Source of the DNA: Candidatus Uhrbacteria bacterium
GTDB lineage: Bacteria > Patescibacteriota > Patescibacteriia > GWA2-47-26
Length of the DNA stretch: 64,000 nt
Assembly: GCA_016187515.1 (NCBI GenBank)
Contig: JACPJN010000009.1
Span: forward strand, 68,891 to 132,890
Direction: 5' to 3'
Shown: positions 44,364-54,834 of the stretch, piece by piece
Position numbering within the stretch: position 1 is the stretch's first letter
Layout: each line of letters opens with the position of its first letter
The notes under the pieces: model-generated
What the model saw: only the letters and a program-made list of their open reading frames with translations
What the model was told of the DNA's origin: nothing
Databases searched by the model: none
Made by a program: the position numbers and the translations under genes

Positions 44364-46184
44364 TTATATCTTTAGCCGTTGCGCCTGCCTTTTCGCTTCT
44401 TTCATAACCCGCTCCATATACTTAATCGGTGACTCATCGGTTTCCGTAACTTTAGTGCGCTCTTCGCTTCGCTCCAGAACAACATGCCGCGCGAAACGCG
44501 GTATTCCCCGGGTTCTGCCGCCCTCCTTTACCAGCGCCGACATTAAATTGCGATCGTGGGTGGAGAGCATAACCGCGCCGGGAAAATCTTGTATCGCGCG
44601 CGTTACTTTGTCCTGCAAGTCCGAATCCATGTGATTGGTCGGCTCGTCCAGCGCGAGCATGTCAACGTCGCGCAGCGCGCTGACCGCCAAAAACCAAAGC
44701 AAGCGCTGCTCGCCTCCGGAAAACTTTGAAAAAGGACGATTAAGCCAACTCTGCCCGATCCGCGCGGAGCCCCCAAAATTCAAATCCCGCGCCAACTCCA
44801 CAAACGCGTTTTGCGGCGGCTTATCTTTGTGCAGTGATGATCCGGTTGAATGCGGGCTGGTTTCCGCTTTTACCCATTGGAAAAAATCGCCCAAAGTCCC
44901 GCGCGCGATTTCTTCCGGCCAAAACTGGGGCAAATACGCGATCTGTGTGCCTTTGAACCGCTTGGGCCCTCCGCGGTCCGTGCCGCGCGCCATGGCTTCC
45001 ATGAGTTTGGTTTTGCCGGTGCCGTTGTCACCGCTTAAAATCATCAAATCGCCGCCCCGCACGCTTGGCGCGGCAATATCGCGCAGCGGAGAATTGGGCA
45101 CCGTAAACTGATGCGGGGTTTCAATAATGCTGGCGCCGTGCTTATAGCCATACTCCTCTTGCGGCCATTGTACCTCGCCGCTGATCACCGGAACGCGTTC
45201 GCGCGCCGTGTCCTTAACATAACGGCGATAAGGAGCATTGGACTCTTGGAGCGTTCGCCCGTCTTTGTCCCAATCTATCTCAATCACTCCGTCTTCGCCG
45301 GCTTGCGTTAAAAACCAGTCCACATGGCTCACGCTCACCACGGCAACTCCCTCGCGCTTATATTTATCAAACAGGCCGGTCAGTTTCGCGATTGACCGCA
45401 AATCCAGATGGTTGGTCGGCTCGTCCAAAAGCAGCGCGTCCGGTTCACTGGCCAGAACCATCATTAGCGCCATTTTGGTCCTTTCGCCGCCGGATAATTC
45501 GCGCACTTTGCGATTCAAAAATTGCTCCATGTCAAATAACTTTGCAATCTGGCCCAATAGCTCATCAATGCGCACTTGCACGTCTTGATTGGCAAGATTG
45601 CGTTCGTGCGCGCCCAAATCATTCCAGTCAATTGGAAATTGCTCTTTGAAATAACGCGCCGCGCTTTGTAGAACCTCCCCGGCGCTCAAATTCTCAATCG
45701 TGCCCAGCAATTCTTCTTGATCCAGGCGCGCGATTCTCAAATTCTCCCGTACGTGCGCGACTGGTCTAGCATACACCACCGTTCCGTCTCCGCTGCGCGT
45801 ATCCATGTGCGCGCCGCGCTCCATAAGCGCGTCAAAAAACGTGCTTTTACCCGCGCCGTTTGGACCAATCAGCACCTTGCTTTTACCGCGCGCGACATTT
45901 ACGCGCCGCACATCAATAGCGGGATCCGTCCGTCCGATATGCGCTTGCGCGGCGCCAACGGCCGCGTCCGTAAGCGTGCGGGCCAATTCATGCCGTCCAA
46001 CTTCTTGCGGCCGGATATCCACGACATGCGCGCCCAGCACCGCGCGCAGCTCCGGCGGAATTTCAATGGCCTCCGAAGTTTCTGCGGCGCTTTCCGCCGG
46101 CACGCTTGGCGCGCCCTTCTTCAGCTGATCCTCCATCAGCTGATTGAATTCCTCTCGCGGGATTCCCCGAGGTATTTTTCCCAT
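44364..46184 (-). CDS. ABC-F family ATPase (tandem ABC domains, no TMD)
   Basis: Two Walker A motifs (LIGPNGAGKST, LSGDNGTGKT) and two signatures (LSGGERTKMAL, FSGGEQRLLW) with a linker; 606 aa. Confidence 0.8.
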   Translation of the reverse strand: MGKIPRGIPREEFNQLMEDQLKKGAPSVPAESAAETSEAIEIPPELRAVLGAHVVDIRPQEVGRHELARTLTDAAVGAAQAHIGRTDPAIDVRRVNVARGKSKVLIGPNGAGKSTFFDALMERGAHMDTRSGDGTVVYARPVAHVRENLRIARLDQEELLGTIENLSAGEVLQSAARYFKEQFPIDWNDLGAHERNLANQDVQVRIDELLGQIAKLFDMEQFLNRKVRELSGGERTKMALMMVLASEPDALLLDEPTNHLDLRSIAKLTGLFDKYKREGVAVVSVSHVDWFLTQAGEDGVIEIDWDKDGRTLQESNAPYRRYVKDTARERVPVISGEVQWPQEEYGYKHGASIIETPHQFTVPNSPLRDIAAPSVRGGDLMILSGDNGTGKTKLMEAMARGTDRGGPKRFKGTQIAYLPQFWPEEIARGTLGDFFQWVKAETSPHSTGSSLHKDKPPQNAFVELARDLNFGGSARIGQSWLNRPFSKFSGGEQRLLWFLAVSALRDVDMLALDEPTNHMDSDLQDKVTRAIQDFPGAVMLSTHDRNLMSALVKEGGRTRGIPRFARHVVLERSEERTKVTETDESPIKYMERVMKEAKRQAQRLKI

Positions 46185-46185
46185 A

Positions 46186-46554
46186 TTAAATAAAGTTCAT
46201 AATCTGCGCATCCAGCAAATACGCCGCGGCCGCCGGAATCAACAGCCACCCGATAATCCACAACAGTAAAAACGCGGCCCAAATAATTAAGGCGATCGCG
46301 CGTCCTACAATCTGCGCCAAGCGCATGAAAAAACTAATCAGCCGGCCGACAATATCATACTGACCATACATCGGAACAAAGAGGTTTTTCAGCCACACAT
46401 CAATGGCCAGCGCGTCTTGCCGTGCCACAAAACTACCCGCCACTCCCTTCAATTGCTTCCACAATCCCCGGCTATACCACCAAATCGGGGTATACAAAAA
46501 ATCCACAACAGTAGAGCCAATAACCGTACGCAGGGTTTGAAAAAATATACCCAT
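46186..46554 (-). CDS. small membrane protein
   Basis: 122 aa with 2-3 predicted TM helices; starts 2 nt after the ABC-F start region. Confidence 0.45.
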   Translation of the reverse strand: MGIFFQTLRTVIGSTVVDFLYTPIWWYSRGLWKQLKGVAGSFVARQDALAIDVWLKNLFVPMYGQYDIVGRLISFFMRLAQIVGRAIALIIWAAFLLLWIIGWLLIPAAAAYLLDAQIMNFI

Positions 46555-46574
46555 AGTGATTCACTATACCATGT

Positions 46575-47882
<1,308 letters not shown>

Positions 47883-47916
47883 TCAGGGCTTTTTGCGTAC
47901 TTTTTACAGGAAACCT

Positions 47917-48189
47917 TTATATGATGGAAACCTTGAGCTGGGCATCCAGTGCTTTCGCGGCTTTTCCCAAAAATTCCAGCGTAGGATTATAATTACCGGA
48001 TTCAAGACGGGCAATCGCCGACTGCTTGGTTTTCATCCGCCGCGCAAGTTCCGCCTGGGTCAACCCTTTTTGATTGCGTTTTTCAATAAGCGTTTGTATC
48101 AATGCAAACTCCGGCCCGAGCGCGGTGTAGGCCTTGCGAAATTCCTTATTTTTGAGCAGTTGCTTACGGAGTATTTTATAGGATTCCAT
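47917..48189 (-). CDS. higA: HigA-like XRE-family HTH antitoxin
   Basis: 90 aa; helix-turn-helix LTQAELARRMKTKQSAIARLE; directly downstream of the toxin gene. Confidence 0.75.
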   Translation of the reverse strand: MESYKILRKQLLKNKEFRKAYTALGPEFALIQTLIEKRNQKGLTQAELARRMKTKQSAIARLESGNYNPTLEFLGKAAKALDAQLKVSII

Positions 48190-48213
48190 ACTGCATTGAG
48201 TATAACATATAGG

Positions 48214-48528
48214 TTATATTGTGTCAAGTGTGGACAATTTTTGGCGAGCCGCCACGATTTCTTTGTGCGGGATCTTCTGCGATTTTTTAATGAAACCATG
48301 AAGTAGTACAACCACACCCTTATGGAATGCGTAAATTAAGCGCACCTCTTGTGTGCCTTTTACGCGCAACTCTAGAAGCCCTCCACCAATATGTTTACTG
48401 TGAGGCATACCGAGCGCATGCCCAAATCGTTCAAGAAGTTCAAGCGTTCGAAATACCTTCGCGGAGGTTGGTATTTCAAGTGTTTTAATAAACTCCTTTA
48501 CCTTGTTATCAAAAAATTGAACTTCCAT
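48214..48528 (-). CDS. higB: HigB-like RelE/ParE-superfamily toxin (Gp49 family)
   Basis: 104 aa; LGMPHSKHIGGGLLELRV...LIYAFHKGVVVLLHGFIKKSQKIP matches Gp49-like toxins; toxin-first higBA order. Confidence 0.75.
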   Translation of the reverse strand: MEVQFFDNKVKEFIKTLEIPTSAKVFRTLELLERFGHALGMPHSKHIGGGLLELRVKGTQEVRLIYAFHKGVVVLLHGFIKKSQKIPHKEIVAARQKLSTLDTI

Positions 48529-48545
48529 AACTACCTAGCTACTCA

Positions 48546-48926
48546 CTATCGCGCCGCCACTACCCCGGTAGTTGACGACACATATTGCACATCGGTTGCG
48601 GCGATCATGCCGGACTCGCGCACCCAGGCCTCAATCCGTTGCGGCGTCTGCATTTCCGCGCTCTTTAGATTAAGCCGTTTATTTTCAAATTTCAAAGCCT
48701 CAATCCGGCGCTCCAGATCCTTCATTTTGTATCCATGAGTCGAGACGCTGACCATGGTCGTAAGATAAGAAAAGCCAACCGCGATAAGCGCGACCGCTAG
48801 CAAACCGCGCCAGGTTTTACGCGTGCTCATCAGGCGCATTATAAGACCAACTCGCCGCATGGTATGGTGGATTTTCGTAAGGTGGAAATGTCGGGGCATA
48901 ACAATTGAGTAAATCAAGTGAATCAA
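48546..48926 (-). CDS. ftsL: cell division protein FtsL-like (probable start about 48860)
   Basis: Single TM LLAVALIAVGFSYLTTMV followed by coiled coil DLERRIEALKFENKRLNLKSAEMQTP; sits between rsmH and the higBA pair. Confidence 0.65.
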   Translation of the reverse strand: MIHLIYSIVMPRHFHLTKIHHTMRRVGLIMRLMSTRKTWRGLLAVALIAVGFSYLTTMVSVSTHGYKMKDLERRIEALKFENKRLNLKSAEMQTPQRIEAWVRESGMIAATDVQYVSSTTGVVAAR

Positions 48927-49012
48927 GTAAATCAGGTAAATCAGGTAAATCAGGTAAATCAGGTGGCTTGACTTGCCTGCCTCGCTTGATTTACTTGTCT
49001 CGCTACAATTTC
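48903..49012. repeat. tandem 9-bp repeat array (GTAAATCAA/G about 7 copies) with inverted tail CTCGCTTGATTTACTTGTCTCGC
   Basis: Same architecture and unit as 7922..8012; lies between the rsmH stop and the ftsL start. Confidence 0.85.
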
Positions 49013-49998
49013 TCGATAACTCTCATCTTCGCGCTCCGGGCGCGCGGATTTATTCTAATCTCGCTATCACTCGGCACCACTGGTTTTTTGGTAAGTATTT
49101 TTAACTTCTGGTCCGGCCACTGCCGAAAAAACTGTTTGACGATCCGATCTTCCAGCGAATGAAACGCGATGACGGCCAGTCGTCCGCCGCGGTGCAGGAT
49201 TTCCACAGCTTGCGGCAGTACGGCTTGCAAAGCGCCCAGCTCATCATTTACCGCAATCCGCAATGCCTGGAAAGTGCGCGTGGCTGGATGCAATCCGCCG
49301 ATCCAGGGCATGCGATCCGCATTGCTCCCACCCCTCCTCGCCTCCCCTCGGGCAGGGGAGGAAAAATCTTTTCTCCCCCTCTCCGAGGGGGAGTTAGAGG
49401 GGGTGTGCTTACTAAGCTTCTCTCTATACGCTTGCACCACCACATCACTCAGTTGTTTGCTGGTCACCATTGGCTTCTTTTTCCGTTCTTCCACAATGCG
49501 GTTCGCGATCTCGCGCGCTAATCGCTCTTCCCCATATTCCGTGAGTAACTCCGCAAGCTGCTTCTGATTCCACGAGTTCACAATTTCTGCCGCGCGCACG
49601 CCGCGCGACACATCAAACCGCATGTCCAGCAGTTCATCCTTCTCAAACGAGAATCCCCTGCCTCGCTCAAGCGTCGAGGAAGAAAATCCTAGATCAAGAA
49701 GTATTCCCTGCACCGTCCCGAATTTTTGCTCCTTCACAATCGCGGCCAAGTTCCGGAAATTATCATTCACGAGCACAATGCGATTCAAGTATTTTCTAAT
49801 TTCGAATTGCGAATTTCTAATTTCAGTGATGGCGTCTGGATCGGCATCTATACCTAGTAATCTTCCAACGGGCGCGGTGTGCTGTAGGATTGCGGCACTA
49901 TGACTGCCATCACCGATCGTGCAATCCACAAAATTCTGATTCGGTTTAGGGTCAAGGAACTTCAGCGCTTCTTCTACCATGACTGGCACATGGGACAT
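49003..49998 (-). CDS. rsmH: 16S rRNA (cytosine1402-N4)-methyltransferase with in-frame insertions
   Basis: MSHVPVMVEEAL, FVDCTIGDGSHS, DLGFSS and AFHSLEDRIVK motifs; inserted HTPSNSPSERGRKDFSSPARGEARRGGSN and EIRNSQFEIRKY segments. Confidence 0.9.
   Translation of the reverse strand: MSHVPVMVEEALKFLDPKPNQNFVDCTIGDGSHSAAILQHTAPVGRLLGIDADPDAITEIRNSQFEIRKYLNRIVLVNDNFRNLAAIVKEQKFGTVQGILLDLGFSSSTLERGRGFSFEKDELLDMRFDVSRGVRAAEIVNSWNQKQLAELLTEYGEERLAREIANRIVEERKKKPMVTSKQLSDVVVQAYREKLSKHTPSNSPSERGRKDFSSPARGEARRGGSNADRMPWIGGLHPATRTFQALRIAVNDELGALQAVLPQAVEILHRGGRLAVIAFHSLEDRIVKQFFRQWPDQKLKILTKKPVVPSDSEIRINPRARSAKMRVIEKL
49325..49406. mobile_element. GC-rich MITE-like element (CTCCCACCCC family) in frame in rsmH
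   Basis: GCTCCCACCCCTCCTCGCCTCCCCTCGGGCAGGGGAGG...CTCCCCCTCTCCGAGGGGGAGTTAGAGGGGGTG. Confidence 0.8.
49786..49835. repeat. AT-rich insertion (TATTTTCTAATTTCGAATTGCGAATTTCTAATTTCAGTG) in frame in rsmH
   Basis: Shares the ATTTCTAATTTCGAAT core with the tgt insertion; low GC island inside a GC-rich CDS. Confidence 0.65.
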
Positions 49999-50001
49999 AT
50001 T

Positions 50002-50451
50002 TTAAATCCCAAACTCATTAAGCGCTTCCGCGTGCGCTTCCATCTCATCTGCGGTTCGCGTCTGATGCGCCCGCCATTTTTCCTTATCCCAAATCTCCAG
50101 CCGCTCCCCTGCCCCCAAAACCACCGCGTCTTTTTGAAGCGCCGCATGATCTTTCAAATAGTCCGGCACCAGAATTCTTCCGAGATTGTCAAGTTCCACC
50201 TCGCTCGCTCCGGAAAACATAAACCGCTTAAAATTTCTGCTGCTTTCGCTGGTAAGCGGCAAGGCGTTTAACTTGGCCGCAAACTCTTCCCAGGCCCGTA
50301 GCGGATATACAAATAAACACCCTTCCAGTCCGCGAGTGACCACCACTTTCGGACCAAGCTCGCTGCGCAGTCGCGCGGGCATCGGAAGGCGCCGCTTTGC
50401 ATCCATTTTGTGCTGATACTCGCCGATAAGCATACGGATTAAGACCGGCAA
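50002..50451 (-). CDS. mraZ: transcriptional regulator MraZ
   Basis: Two SpoVT/AbrB-like repeats (KMDAKRRLPMPARLRSEL; VELDNLGRILVPDYLKDHA); immediately upstream of rsmH; probable start M at 50433. Confidence 0.85.
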   Translation of the reverse strand: MPVLIRMLIGEYQHKMDAKRRLPMPARLRSELGPKVVVTRGLEGCLFVYPLRAWEEFAAKLNALPLTSESSRNFKRFMFSGASEVELDNLGRILVPDYLKDHAALQKDAVVLGAGERLEIWDKEKWRAHQTRTADEMEAHAEALNEFGI

Positions 50452-50524
50452 AGAACCAAGGACTGGGAGGGAGATAGTGAATCTATTTTGTTTTCGCTTC
50501 CAGTCCCTTATTCCTTGCGTTCAT

Positions 50525-50600
50525 TGGTAAAGTTATGCACATTTATCCACAGAGTTATCCACTTCTTACCACTTTTGTATTTGTACAGGTATATTATAGC
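50525..50600 (-). promoter_or_regulatory. mraZ promoter region: extended -10 (TGTGCTATAAT) plus three direct GTGG(A/T)TAA repeats (candidate MraZ operator; two are DnaA-box-identical TTATCCACA)
   Basis: Minus strand ...TTTGTGCTATAATATACCTGTACAAATACAAAAGTGGTAAGAAGTGGATAACTCTGTGGATAAATG; the repeats are spaced 10-12 bp as in known MraZ boxes. Confidence 0.5.
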
Positions 50601-50705
50601 ACAAATTTTCCCACTGCTCAAACTCTCCCCGCTTACTGAAAAATTCGAAAAAACCCCAGTATTTGGCCAAAATCCTATGGGCCGGCAAAACCTTTGTGGA
50701 TAAAA

Positions 50706-50745
50706 CACCAACCGACCCGGAATTCCGGGTCGGTTGGTGACTACC
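50706..50745. terminator. perfect 15-bp-stem palindrome CACCAACCGACCCGGAATTCCGGGTCGGTTGGTG (terminator of the sigma/anti-sigma operon)
   Basis: Read directly; on the minus strand it is followed by a T-rich tract. Confidence 0.7.
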
Positions 50746-50780
50746 CTGTCCGACCATGCGGCATGCGCCCTACGCTCTGG

Positions 50781-52343
50781 TTATGGGAGCGCCGCGCCTT
50801 CGGGAAGAGAGCCGTCGGGCTCTTTTACCGCGCCTTTGCTGACTGCTTCATCAATGAGTTTTACGACATCCTTATAAAACGCGCTGGCCTGTTCATATTG
50901 TCCTAAACCGAACGCCCGCCCGGCTTGCTTGACAAGATTGGCTACTTTTTCTTTAACCGGCACACTCAAACGTCCCTTATATTGAAGCATGATGTCCCGG
51001 GCTTCGGCTTGCGCATCTAATGCATCTTGGCGTGCGGCTTCATCCGCGGGGAAACGTGATGGTTGAACAACGGTTTCGGGTTGACCAGGAGCAATCTCGG
51101 ACCCTGGCGCGGGCGCTGCGGTTGCCGGCGCCTCTGGCTGTTTCAAGAGCGCCTTCCGCATCTTGGCGGCATCAATCATCTCCGTAAGTTCTTCACTTTC
51201 CTCAACCGTGGCCGGGAGGGATTGTAATCCTCCCCCAACGGTTATGCCTTCGAGCTCCGCCATGGTCTCGGGAACAACTTCCGCCATATCAACTTTGCGC
51301 GCCTCGCGCGCCAAGGGCGACGCAAATTGAATGAAGAGCTTAAACGCCTGGGAGGATTTCTCCACCGCGTCCGCCCAATCCTGTTCTTCCAGCGCTTTGC
51401 GCGCCTCGCGCGTGAGCGCTACGCCATCCTGATAAAGGGTATCGCGACGCTGAAACTCACGCTTGGCCAAGTCGAGTTTATCGGCATCATCAATACGCTC
51501 AATCTTCCCGACGATTTGCTCGCGCAACGAGGACATCGCTTGCATTTTATTTTCCGCGGATTTTACGCGCCCGCGCGCGGCCTGCGCCAAACCCTTCTCG
51601 ACAATTTGCTTTTTTGCGATTTCCGCTTCCGCGCTCCCGGCGCGCGCCTTAAGCTTCTCTATGGCGGCATCAACTTCAACCGCCTGAACCCGAAGCTCCG
51701 TTTGAAGATCCGCAGTTTGACTAAGCGAAGCCATGACCCCCTGGAGCACCTGCGCCTGGGCCGCCATTTGCGCCGCTGCTTCCAGCGCCTCTTCCGTGCC
51801 TTGTTCATTCAGCGTCTCGACGCGATTATTTAAGCCCTCCACCCGGTTTTCCAGACGTATGACGGTCTCTTCAATTTTCTTTTCCAAGCGCTGCTTCTTT
51901 TGGGCATCCGCGAGCGCGAGTTTTTCTTGGAGGGCGCCAATCTCCTGCGCGCGCCGCGCCGCAAGCTTTATTTTAAGATTTAGCTTTGTCGCGTCATCCG
52001 TAACGCGAACCACTGCTTCGGCAACTCGCTCGGAGGCCAATTTGACCCCGTAAAGGGTATCTCCGGGAGTGTCGTTCTGGGATGCGGCCACGGTGCCTCC
52101 CCCGCCAAGCACGACCGCGAGAATAAGTGCGATAACTGGCATAAATTTGCGTGGTTTAAGTATAAGAAATTGCGGAATTAAAAACTCGAAGGACCTTTGT
52201 GTAATAGGAAGACGGCGCGCTGCTTCTTGTCTTACGCGGGCAAACACCACATTCTTGGCCCGCACCACTGGCGGAGCCGGAGGATGCCACTCTGAAAAAT
52301 CCCTTAAAATTTGCTCAAGTATTTTCTCATCAATTGGCCGCAT
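50781..52343 (-). CDS. anti-sigma factor-like membrane protein with a long coiled-coil extracytoplasmic domain
   Basis: Cytoplasmic N-domain, one TM (MPVIALILAVVLGGGGTVAAS), Ala/Glu/Lys-rich coiled coil; translationally adjacent (5 nt) to the ECF sigma gene. Confidence 0.6.
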   Translation of the reverse strand: MRPIDEKILEQILRDFSEWHPPAPPVVRAKNVVFARVRQEAARRLPITQRSFEFLIPQFLILKPRKFMPVIALILAVVLGGGGTVAASQNDTPGDTLYGVKLASERVAEAVVRVTDDATKLNLKIKLAARRAQEIGALQEKLALADAQKKQRLEKKIEETVIRLENRVEGLNNRVETLNEQGTEEALEAAAQMAAQAQVLQGVMASLSQTADLQTELRVQAVEVDAAIEKLKARAGSAEAEIAKKQIVEKGLAQAARGRVKSAENKMQAMSSLREQIVGKIERIDDADKLDLAKREFQRRDTLYQDGVALTREARKALEEQDWADAVEKSSQAFKLFIQFASPLAREARKVDMAEVVPETMAELEGITVGGGLQSLPATVEESEELTEMIDAAKMRKALLKQPEAPATAAPAPGSEIAPGQPETVVQPSRFPADEAARQDALDAQAEARDIMLQYKGRLSVPVKEKVANLVKQAGRAFGLGQYEQASAFYKDVVKLIDEAVSKGAVKEPDGSLPEGAALP

Positions 52344-52348
52344 ATGAT

Positions 52349-52906
52349 CTAAGTGACGTTACCGCGCGCTAAATCTTTCAATTTTTGAAGCGCCCGATGG
52401 ATGCGGACCGAGGCATTATTTTCCGTAATACCCTGCAGCGCGGCGATTTCAATAACCGAGAAACCTTCCACATGCCGCAAAAGCAAAATATCCCGCTCTT
52501 CCGCATCAAGCTTGGAAAATAACTGGAGCACGAGAGCGTATTCGGTTTTCTTCTCCGGGCTTTCTCGCGCCTGCGCGGGTAATTCAAAACCTTCGGTAAG
52601 CAAAACTTCCAGCGATATTTTGGGAGCTTTGGCGCGATATTGATCAATAATCAAATTGCGCGCAATGCGGTACACCAGCGCATCAACATAATCAAGCACC
52701 TCTTGTTCGTGTCGCTTTAAGTACTCCCACACGCGCAAAAATGTTCCGGAAAGCACATCTTCAGCATCCTCTTTAGAACTCAAACGCAAAAACGCGTACC
52801 GAAAAATCTTGGCCGCGAGGCGATCAAAGAGCTTTTCAAACGCCGCCGGATCGCCAAGCTCTTTGCAGCGCACTTTTTTCACCGGGATGTCCAAAGGTTC
52901 GGACAT
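52349..52906 (-). CDS. ECF-type RNA polymerase sigma-70 factor (sigma-24 family)
   Basis: Region 2 LFDRLAAKIFRYAFLRLSSKEDAEDVLSGTFLRVWEYL and region 4 LLLRHVEGFSVIEIAALQGITENNASVRIHRALQKLK. Confidence 0.85.
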   Translation of the reverse strand: MSEPLDIPVKKVRCKELGDPAAFEKLFDRLAAKIFRYAFLRLSSKEDAEDVLSGTFLRVWEYLKRHEQEVLDYVDALVYRIARNLIIDQYRAKAPKISLEVLLTEGFELPAQARESPEKKTEYALVLQLFSKLDAEERDILLLRHVEGFSVIEIAALQGITENNASVRIHRALQKLKDLARGNVT

Positions 52907-52923
52907 AATAAAGCAGACGGGAT

Positions 52924-54411
52924 TTAGTGGAATTTCTTACGCCGCCGCGGCCTGAACCCGCGGCCCCTTAACCTCCGATGATAGCATACCGCAAACCGGT
53001 GCGCTTCGTCACGCACGCGCAAAAGAAAATCCTTATAATTTTCCACAATGCGGACAAGCTCGGGATTATCCTTATCAAAAATTGGCCGGTCTTGCTTGCG
53101 CTTAAAACCTTTGGCAATGCCGACGATGAGAATGTGGAGCCCACCTGCCTGCACCACGTCCCGCGCCGCATTCACCTGCCCCCAACCGCCGTCAATCACG
53201 ATCAAATCTGGCATGGGCCATTCAACCCCCTCTTTCTCCCCCTTCCCAAGGGGGAGATTAAGTGGGGGTCCGGAGCGCTTGAACCGTCGCGCCAGCACTT
53301 CGCGCATCATCGCCACATCATTAATCCCCTGCACAGTTTTAATTTTAAATCTTTTGTATTCGCGTTTGGACGGTTCGCCATTTTGGAATACCACCATTGA
53401 TCCCACTGCGCTAGTGCCGCTGATATTGGAAATATCATATCCTTCGATACGACCGAGGATACTGATCGGCGTAGGGCATAGAGCGTAGGGCGTAGAGCTT
53501 TGCCTCTTTGCTCTATGCTCTATGCCATCTGCCGCCAACACGGCCACATCCCGAATATGCTTCAGCGCAAATAATTTCCTCTTCAGCGATTCGGCCTCCT
53601 CAAACTTTTCTTCACGCGCGGCATTCTTCATTCTTAATTCTAAATTCTTCATTACTTTCGCCTTTTTGCCTTCCAGCATCAAAATCACATTCCGAATATT
53701 TTTCATATACTCTTTGCGCGTGACCGCGCCCACACACACCCCCGGACAGCGGCCGATATGATAATCAAAGCACGGTTTTCGTGGTGATTCGTTTTTTTTA
53801 TTCGTGGTAATTCGTGTCATGCACCGCCACGGAAACCACTTCCGCATCAAATCCAGCGCCGCGCGAATGGAGGAGGCGCTCGTATATGGACCGAACACTT
53901 TGATCGCTCGTAACCCCCTCGCACTCCCCCTTACCCTAAGGGGGAAAAACGAACGATCTCCCTCCCTTAAGGTAAGGGAGGGCTGGGGTGGGTTATGAAT
54001 GGTGGCATATTGTGCCAGCTCATTCCCCCGCACCAGCTGCACCTTAGGAAAACGCTCATTAGTAATAACCACGTAAAGGAATGACTTATCATCTTTTTCC
54101 CTTACATTATAGCGCGGCTGATATTTTTTAATTAAATTCGCCTCCAGTATCAACGCCTCAATTACGCTGTCCGTCACCTGATAATCAATCCGCGCCACCT
54201 CATGCAACATCTCATCAATCGTCCTCCGATACTGTGAACTGTGAACTGACGACTGTGAACTAAAGTACGAGTTTACTCGTATTTTAAGATTCGTCGCTTT
54301 CCCCACATACACCACCTTCCCCTTTTTATCGCGCATCAAATACACCCCTGGTTTGGTGGGAAGTTTGTTGTGTTTGATTTTGATTATCTTTTGGATTGAC
54401 ATAATCCTCAC
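52924..54411 (-). CDS. uvrC: excinuclease ABC subunit C (short form lacking the C-terminal HhH domain), with in-frame repeat insertions
   Basis: GIY-YIG KPGVYLMRDKKGKVVYVGKATNLKIRVNSY, UvrBC-interaction region, RNase H-like endonuclease domain; probable ATG at 54402 (MSIQK). Confidence 0.85.
   Translation of the reverse strand: MRIMSIQKIIKIKHNKLPTKPGVYLMRDKKGKVVYVGKATNLKIRVNSYFSSQSSVHSSQYRRTIDEMLHEVARIDYQVTDSVIEALILEANLIKKYQPRYNVREKDDKSFLYVVITNERFPKVQLVRGNELAQYATIHNPPQPSLTLREGDRSFFPLRVRGSARGLRAIKVFGPYTSASSIRAALDLMRKWFPWRCMTRITTNKKNESPRKPCFDYHIGRCPGVCVGAVTRKEYMKNIRNVILMLEGKKAKVMKNLELRMKNAAREEKFEEAESLKRKLFALKHIRDVAVLAADGIEHRAKRQSSTPYALCPTPISILGRIEGYDISNISGTSAVGSMVVFQNGEPSKREYKRFKIKTVQGINDVAMMREVLARRFKRSGPPLNLPLGKGEKEGVEWPMPDLIVIDGGWGQVNAARDVVQAGGLHILIVGIAKGFKRKQDRPIFDKDNPELVRIVENYKDFLLRVRDEAHRFAVCYHRRLRGRGFRPRRRKKFH
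53907..53999. mobile_element. GC-rich MITE-like element (TCGTAAC/TCATAAC family) in frame in uvrC
   Basis: GCTCGTAACCCCCTCGCACTCCCCCTTACCCTAAGGGGGA...TCCCTCCCTTAAGGTAAGGGAGGGCTGGGGTGGGTTATGAA; a solo hairpin module also lies at about 53225-53270. Confidence 0.8.
54231..54264. repeat. second copy of the 34-nt GTGAACTG repeat, in frame in uvrC
   Basis: ACTGTGAACTGTGAACTGACGACTGTGAACTAAA identical to 1822..1855; encodes FSSQSSVHSSQ. Confidence 0.85.
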
Positions 54412-54449
54412 GATCTCCCTCCCTTAAGGTAAGGGAGGGTTGGGGTGGG

Positions 54450-54827
54450 TTATGAACCGTGCTTATCTAGTTCCTCTTTAATCTTCTGCCACACCCCTTC
54501 CAAATTCTGCATCACATCATTATTTCCAAATCGTACTACTTTGATATCTTGTGACGCAAGATATTGTGTCCGCTCATCATCATGCTTTCGATTCGCCTCT
54601 TCCGCATGCTGTCCGCCATCAACTTCTACCGCCAATCTATGTACTGGACAATAAAAGTCAAGCACGTAGAGGCCAACGCTATACTGACGAAAAAACCGCG
54701 CACCCATTTGCTTCCTACTTAATATTCTCCACACGCGCCGTTCGGCCTCCGTTGAATTTTTCCGCAATTCACGGCGCCTTTCTTTTGTGGATTGTCTGTT
54801 ATAAAGATGGTTCATAACCCCCTCCAA
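54450..54827 (-). CDS. stand-alone DUF559 (Vsr-like PD-(D/E)xK endonuclease domain) protein, flanked on both sides by GC-rich hairpin elements
   Basis: RRVWRILSRKQMGARFFRQYSVGLYVLDFYCPVHRLAVEVDGGQH...YLASQDIKVVRF; paralog of 41033..41527; half-elements at about 54414-54457 and 54813-54858. Confidence 0.75.
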   Translation of the reverse strand: MEGVMNHLYNRQSTKERRRELRKNSTEAERRVWRILSRKQMGARFFRQYSVGLYVLDFYCPVHRLAVEVDGGQHAEEANRKHDDERTQYLASQDIKVVRFGNNDVMQNLEGVWQKIKEELDKHGS

Positions 54828-54834
54828 CTCCCCC

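Noticed and set aside
50525-50745. DnaA-box cluster as a chromosomal origin (oriC)
   Set aside because: There are only three boxes, no dnaA or dnaN nearby, and the boxes coincide with the expected MraZ operator repeats upstream of mraZ. They are more likely regulatory than an origin.
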